A stretch of DNA of 64,000 nucleotides from an uncultured Arcobacter sp. (GTDB lineage: Bacteria; Campylobacterota; Campylobacteria; Campylobacterales; Arcobacteraceae). The DNA lies in contig OZ223302.1 of the NCBI GenBank assembly GCA_965140705.1, forward strand, positions 96,001 through 160,000, in the 5' to 3' direction. Of this stretch, positions 59,304-64,000 are shown piece by piece (position 1 is the stretch's first letter; each line of letters opens with the position of its first letter). The notes under the pieces are model-generated. The model did no database searches. It was not told the DNA's origin and worked only from the letters and a program-made list of their open reading frames with translations. The position numbers and the translations under genes are program-made.

Positions 59304-60074
59304 TTATAAACTAAACCCATCATCTACAACGATATTTTGACCATTAAGATATTTACTCATATCACTAAGTAAATAAACCAATGTTCCTTTTAAATCGCTC
59401 TTATCCAACATACCTTTATTTAAACATTGCCCTTTATATTTTGATAAAAATACTTCTGGTTGGTGGTCGAAAATACCACCCGGACTTAAAGCATTAACTT
59501 TGATATTCATCCCTTTAAAATATTTTGCCATATATTTTGTAAGATGAATAAGTCCTGATTTTATTGCTGCATACTCTACAGGCATTGTCATAGGAGTATT
59601 ATCATACACTTCAAATTTTGGTGCAACGACACCATAAATAGAACTAATATTAATAATATTACCATAACCTTGCTTCTTAAAATATTGAGCGAATTGTTGA
59701 GAAGACGTAAAGTATCCTCCTAGATTTAATCCCAAATTTTGTACAAAATCTTCATATTCAACATCAAAAAAATGTCTTCCATAATTTTTATTTCTTGGAT
59801 ATGCATTATTTACTAAAGCATCTATTTTACTATATTTACTATCCAAATATTGAATACATTCATTTAAAGATTCTTTAGAAGTAATATCAAGTTTTACAAA
59901 GTCAATAGTATTATTATTTAACTCTTTTGATAAATTTTCTTTTACTTTTAAGCCTATCTCTTCATTGATATCTGCTATGATAGCTATCCCACCATTTTCT
60001 ACAATAGCTTTTACAAATTCTTTACCAATAAGTCCAGCACCACCTGTTATAACTACTACTTTATCCTTAAGCAT
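59304..60074 (-). CDS. ptmA: SDR oxidoreductase (PtmA/ElaC-like)
   Basis: TGGAGLIG, NNAYPRNKNYG, YAAIK. Confidence 0.85.
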   Translation of the reverse strand: MLKDKVVVITGGAGLIGKEFVKAIVENGGIAIIADINEEIGLKVKENLSKELNNNTIDFVKLDITSKESLNECIQYLDSKYSKIDALVNNAYPRNKNYGRHFFDVEYEDFVQNLGLNLGGYFTSSQQFAQYFKKQGYGNIINISSIYGVVAPKFEVYDNTPMTMPVEYAAIKSGLIHLTKYMAKYFKGMNIKVNALSPGGIFDHQPEVFLSKYKGQCLNKGMLDKSDLKGTLVYLLSDMSKYLNGQNIVVDDGFSL

Positions 60075-60768
60075 TTTTTTCCTTCATCAAAAACTCTACA
60101 AACTTATAATCTAACTCTGTATCTATATCAATAGACCTAATTTCAGGCATCACATATAATCCTGTATTGTCTAAAAACAGTGAACTCTCATTTAAAATAA
60201 CTTCTCGCTTCCATATATAAATTGAAGCATTCATATCATAGCTTTTAGGAGCATCTTGTCTTCGCACTACCGCATTATCTAATTTTTTTGATAGATAAAC
60301 TTTCCCATTTTTATCTTGTTCTACAAGATTAAAATATGGGCTTCTTCTACTTGGCATTGCTGTTATCAAGTTATCATTATCATTTTCTTTAAACTGATTA
60401 AAAGAATCAGTTATATCGTCTATACTTCTCAATGGTGCTGTTGCATCTAAATCTATCAAATAATCAAACTTTGTATTGTAGTACTCTTCACTTCTTTTAA
60501 AAGCATCCTTGATTACATCAAGCTTTCCTGCTGTATCACTTGCCATTTCAGGACTTCTTTTAAAGAACACTTCTGCACCATATTGTTTTGCAACATTTGC
60601 AATATCATCGCTGTCCGTACTTATAACTATATGTTCAAAAAGCCCCGAAGCTTTTGCTTGTTCTATCGTATAAACAATAAGTGCTTTACCATTTAATTCT
60701 TTAATATTTTTATTTTTAATACCTTTACTTCCACCTCTTGCACAAATAGTACATAAGATATTACTCAT
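60067..60768 (-). CDS. CMP-nonulosonic acid synthetase (PtmB/LegF/ElaB-like)
   Basis: ARGGSKGIKNKN, RRQDAP, SIDIDT. Confidence 0.93.
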   Translation of the reverse strand: MSNILCTICARGGSKGIKNKNIKELNGKALIVYTIEQAKASGLFEHIVISTDSDDIANVAKQYGAEVFFKRSPEMASDTAGKLDVIKDAFKRSEEYYNTKFDYLIDLDATAPLRSIDDITDSFNQFKENDNDNLITAMPSRRSPYFNLVEQDKNGKVYLSKKLDNAVVRRQDAPKSYDMNASIYIWKREVILNESSLFLDNTGLYVMPEIRSIDIDTELDYKFVEFLMKEKNA

Positions 60769-61673
60769 TTATTTTGCTCCTGTATAGTTGATATAGTTTC
60801 CATCACTTCCAAAGCTTCTTCAAAAGTACATATATTTTGTTGTTTATTAAAAATATCTAAATGCATTTTTTCAAACATACTATTTCTTTCTAAATTTGAA
60901 AAAGAAAATATCTCTTCCAGTCTAGTTTTGTTTTTTTTAGTTAATTTAGCTGATATAAAATCTAATTCATAAGTATGTTCAAAAGTTTCAACAAATAATC
61001 TTCTATGAGTGTTTTTACTTATATAATCAATTGAAATATTTACCAAAATATCTTTGTATGTCTTTCCAATTAACATAGTTAAATCATCAGAATTTATCTC
61101 TAAATCTGAAATTTTTACTTGATAACTTTTTATCTCACTTATTTGTCCGCACAACCATTGTACATAGTCAATTTCATGACTTAAATCGAGGAGTACTCCA
61201 CCACCTTCATCTTTTTTTGCACTATAACAATTTTTATAATCCGTACTTGGTCTCCAAGATGTTAAATATTGTCCACATTTTGCATTCACTAAAATAACAT
61301 TTTCATTTTTTATAAATTCTTTTAATTTTTCTAATAATGGATGAAATCTAAGAACATATCCAACAAATATTTTATTGTTTTTAATTTTTAAATTTCTTTT
61401 TGATTCAAATAAAGGTTTTTCACAAAAAATAAGTTTATTTTTTACATTTTTTTCTAAAAATTGCAGTTGTTCGAAATGTTTGTTGGTTTCACTAGCTATT
61501 ATAAAATAATCATATTGATTTATATTATCTACAACTTCTAAACTCTTATAGCAAATTTTATCTTCAATGTTTTGTTTAGTAACTAAATCTATAGTTTGTA
61601 TTTGAGGAAATTTCAATAAAACTTCATTGTGCCTTTTTCCAATAGAACCAAAACCTATAATTAAAACCTTCAA
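60765..61673 (-). CDS. Gfo/Idh/MocA oxidoreductase (PtmF/ElaA-like)
   Basis: GFGSIGKRH, CEKP, GGGVLLDLSHEID. Confidence 0.88.
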   Translation of the reverse strand: MKVLIIGFGSIGKRHNEVLLKFPQIQTIDLVTKQNIEDKICYKSLEVVDNINQYDYFIIASETNKHFEQLQFLEKNVKNKLIFCEKPLFESKRNLKIKNNKIFVGYVLRFHPLLEKLKEFIKNENVILVNAKCGQYLTSWRPSTDYKNCYSAKKDEGGGVLLDLSHEIDYVQWLCGQISEIKSYQVKISDLEINSDDLTMLIGKTYKDILVNISIDYISKNTHRRLFVETFEHTYELDFISAKLTKKNKTRLEEIFSFSNLERNSMFEKMHLDIFNKQQNICTFEEALEVMETISTIQEQNK

Positions 61674-62720
61674 TTAAAATACCTCATCATATTCATCATT
61701 TGCTTTTTTGTACTCTTCCATTCTTCCAATATCAAGCCAATATTCTCGTAGAGGAAAAGATATAGTATTTTTATTCTCACTTATGAACTTTTCAAAAAGT
61801 GTTGGCATATCATAGAACTCATTTTTAGGTATGTATTTTAGCACATCAGGGCTTAACATATAAATACCTGCACTTACAAAAAAACTATGTGTTGGTTTTT
61901 CTTCAATTGATAAAATTTTACTTCCATTCATATTTACTACTCCATAAGGAACTTGAAAATCATACTCTCTTACACACATAGTTCCTATAGCATTATTTTC
62001 TATATGAAAATTATGTAGATTTTCAAAATTCACATTTGTAAGTAAATCACCATTCATCACAAAAAAAGGTTCAGCAGGTTTTTCTTTTAAAAGGCTCAAA
62101 GCTCCTGCTGTTCCCATTCTCTGTTCTTCCAGTATATACTCTATAGTTACACCAAACTCTCTACCATCACCAAAATAGTCCTGAATTATATGTGACTTAT
62201 AATTCACACACATCACAATATTTATATATCCATACTCGGCAAACTTTTCTACTATTGTTTGTAATATTGGTTTATTCCCAACTTTTAGCATAGGTTTTGG
62301 AGTATTTTCAGTAAGTGGTCTAAGTCTTGTACCTAAACCTCCTACCATAAGAATTACTTTGTTTGTTTTTTCCTTTGGTTTTATAAGCTCCTCTATTTCT
62401 TGAATACCTACTATTTTCCCATCATTATCTATTATTGGTACTTGATGAAGTTTTTTTGAAAGTGCAAGTTTTAAAATTTCTTCTTTTGTATCAGTAATAT
62501 TTGCTACTGTTGGTGTTTTATAAACTATTGTTTTTATAGAACTATTTAAATCTAAACCTTTTAACAATCCTCTTCTTATATCTCCATCAGTTAAAGTTCC
62601 TAATAGTTTATCCCTATTATCAATAACAAGAGCTATTTGCATAGCTGCTTTATCTATGATTTCTAAAGCTTCTTTTATTGTAGAATTTATATTCAATTTT
62701 AAATTTTCTATATCTCTCAT
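61674..62720 (-). CDS. CBS-domain nucleotidyltransferase (PtmE/LegX, GlcN-1-P guanylyltransferase)
   Basis: CBS pair (TDGDIRRGLL) followed by GGLGTRLRPLT..PKPML. Confidence 0.9.
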   Translation of the reverse strand: MRDIENLKLNINSTIKEALEIIDKAAMQIALVIDNRDKLLGTLTDGDIRRGLLKGLDLNSSIKTIVYKTPTVANITDTKEEILKLALSKKLHQVPIIDNDGKIVGIQEIEELIKPKEKTNKVILMVGGLGTRLRPLTENTPKPMLKVGNKPILQTIVEKFAEYGYINIVMCVNYKSHIIQDYFGDGREFGVTIEYILEEQRMGTAGALSLLKEKPAEPFFVMNGDLLTNVNFENLHNFHIENNAIGTMCVREYDFQVPYGVVNMNGSKILSIEEKPTHSFFVSAGIYMLSPDVLKYIPKNEFYDMPTLFEKFISENKNTISFPLREYWLDIGRMEEYKKANDEYDEVF

Positions 62721-63376
62721 GAAATTTCCTTTAAAAGTACAAAACATTCAGCATATTCACACCCAGAGGTAGCTCCTCTTAATGTAGCCAAAGCACGTAA
62801 GTTTTTTTCACTTCTTGGAAAAGGATGATCTATAATTTCACTTTCAAAAATTTTCATTATTTTTATTTTTTCTTCTAAATATTCACTAATATCTACAAAA
62901 AAATTTGGTATAAAAGTATCTTCTTTAGTACTTGGAGCAAACTCAGTTTCACTAAGTGTTTCAATCATATAAATTTTTTTTATAAAAGGATATCTAAAAG
63001 ATTTAGTACAACTATAAGCAGATTCAAAGATCTTTCTATGATCACTGTGAACATCACCTTTAAAAGGAAGATAAATAATAGTTGGTTTTATTTCATTTAC
63101 AACTTTAGATATTTTACTTATTAATTCACTCATTGAGTATTCGTCAACTTGCATAGTTTTCAACCTAAGGTTATATACAGTATCAAACTTATAAAGCTTT
63201 GAAACTTGTTCTATCTCTTTTTCTCTTGTTTCATAATAATCATGTTTTTTATCAATAGTTGTACAAATAAGCCAATGTATTTCATCACCATTTGCTTTAT
63301 GTTTTAAAAGTGTTCCACCACACCCTAAAGTTTCGTCATCGGGATGAACAGCTATAATTAAAACTTTGTTTTTCAT
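62717..63376 (-). CDS. PIG-L/LmbE-family N-deacetylase
   Basis: AVHPDDETLGCGG, DVHSDH. Confidence 0.92.
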   Translation of the reverse strand: MKNKVLIIAVHPDDETLGCGGTLLKHKANGDEIHWLICTTIDKKHDYYETREKEIEQVSKLYKFDTVYNLRLKTMQVDEYSMSELISKISKVVNEIKPTIIYLPFKGDVHSDHRKIFESAYSCTKSFRYPFIKKIYMIETLSETEFAPSTKEDTFIPNFFVDISEYLEEKIKIMKIFESEIIDHPFPRSEKNLRALATLRGATSGCEYAECFVLLKEIS

Positions 63377-64000
63377 ATCAACTCCACTTTTAAAGGATCT
63401 TCAGTTTTTGCTATCATTGATTTAAAATTTTTCGATTTTATTATTTCATAAGCCTTTTTTGCACTATTCCCATCACCATAAGAATTTTTCAATTCAGTTA
63501 AACTATTCATAAATTCTATTGAAATTGCTTTTTCAATACTATTACTAACATCTTCATAACTTGTTCCACAAAAAATAACATTTTTATCAGAAAATCTTCC
63601 TGTTTGTCTAAGTCCAACATTTATAGCAGGTATTTTTAAACTTGCTGCTTCACAAATACCAGAGGATGAATTACCTATTATAAATTTAGAATGTTTATAT
63701 ATAGACATAAAAAGATCTCTTTCTAAATTTTTATAAAATACAAAATTTTTATTGTCTTTATATTTATCAATGATTTTTAATAACTTATTATTTCCAGGAT
63801 CAACATTAGGATAACTAACAAATGTATTAATATTTTTTTCTTCTAAATTTTTTAAAATATTATCAAAATATTCATCAACTTTTTCTATTTCTTCAGTTAC
63901 TGGATGAAAAATCATTAATGAAAAATTTTGAAAATTTTCTGATAAGTTAAAATAAGTTTTTATATTCTCTTTAGAAATAGGTTTATAAGAAACAAACTTA
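63373..64000 (-). CDS. neuC: Hydrolysing NDP-N-acetyl-sugar 2-epimerase (NeuC/LegG), 5'-partial
   Basis: FHPVT, YPNVDPG, IGNSSSGICEA, YGDGNSA. The frame runs off the window edge. Confidence 0.88.
   Translation of the reverse strand, partial: KFVSYKPISKENIKTYFNLSENFQNFSLMIFHPVTEEIEKVDEYFDNILKNLEEKNINTFVSYPNVDPGNNKLLKIIDKYKDNKNFVFYKNLERDLFMSIYKHSKFIIGNSSSGICEAASLKIPAINVGLRQTGRFSDKNVIFCGTSYEDVSNSIEKAISIEFMNSLTELKNSYGDGNSAKKAYEIIKSKNFKSMIAKTEDPLKVELI

Overview
The window is a composite of two unrelated genomes. Bases 1 to ~25010 are extremely AT-rich, intron-containing eukaryotic DNA that looks like a ciliate macronuclear chromosome; the standard-code ORF track misses every real gene there. Read by hand, TAA/TAG encode Gln. 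TGA occurs both inside exons (once at an invariant Myb Trp whose paralog has TGG) and at gene ends, which points to an ambiguous code with no dedicated stop codon (UAR=Gln, UGA=Trp/stop). This part holds a >4000-aa golgin-like coiled-coil gene with a ~2.4-kb internal duplication, a RING-finger gene, a helical-repeat gene, a tandem cluster of 3R-Myb genes and fragments, and a PH-like/CaaX gene. From ~25010 to 64000 the DNA is bacterial (standard code, operonic, Arcobacter/Campylobacterota-like). It contains a Lap-type T1SS with two TolC paralogs sharing an apparently identical ~1.29-kb core, an mlaA-mlaC-MMPL operon, and a ~27-kb Wzx/Wzy polysaccharide locus (legionaminic-acid-type, dTDP- and CDP-6-deoxyhexose pathways, amidino/carbamoyl/acetyl tailoring, frameshifted hisF2). 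The join truncates a bacterial gene and is most likely a chimeric assembly or concatenation. Eukaryotic exon boundaries are manual estimates.
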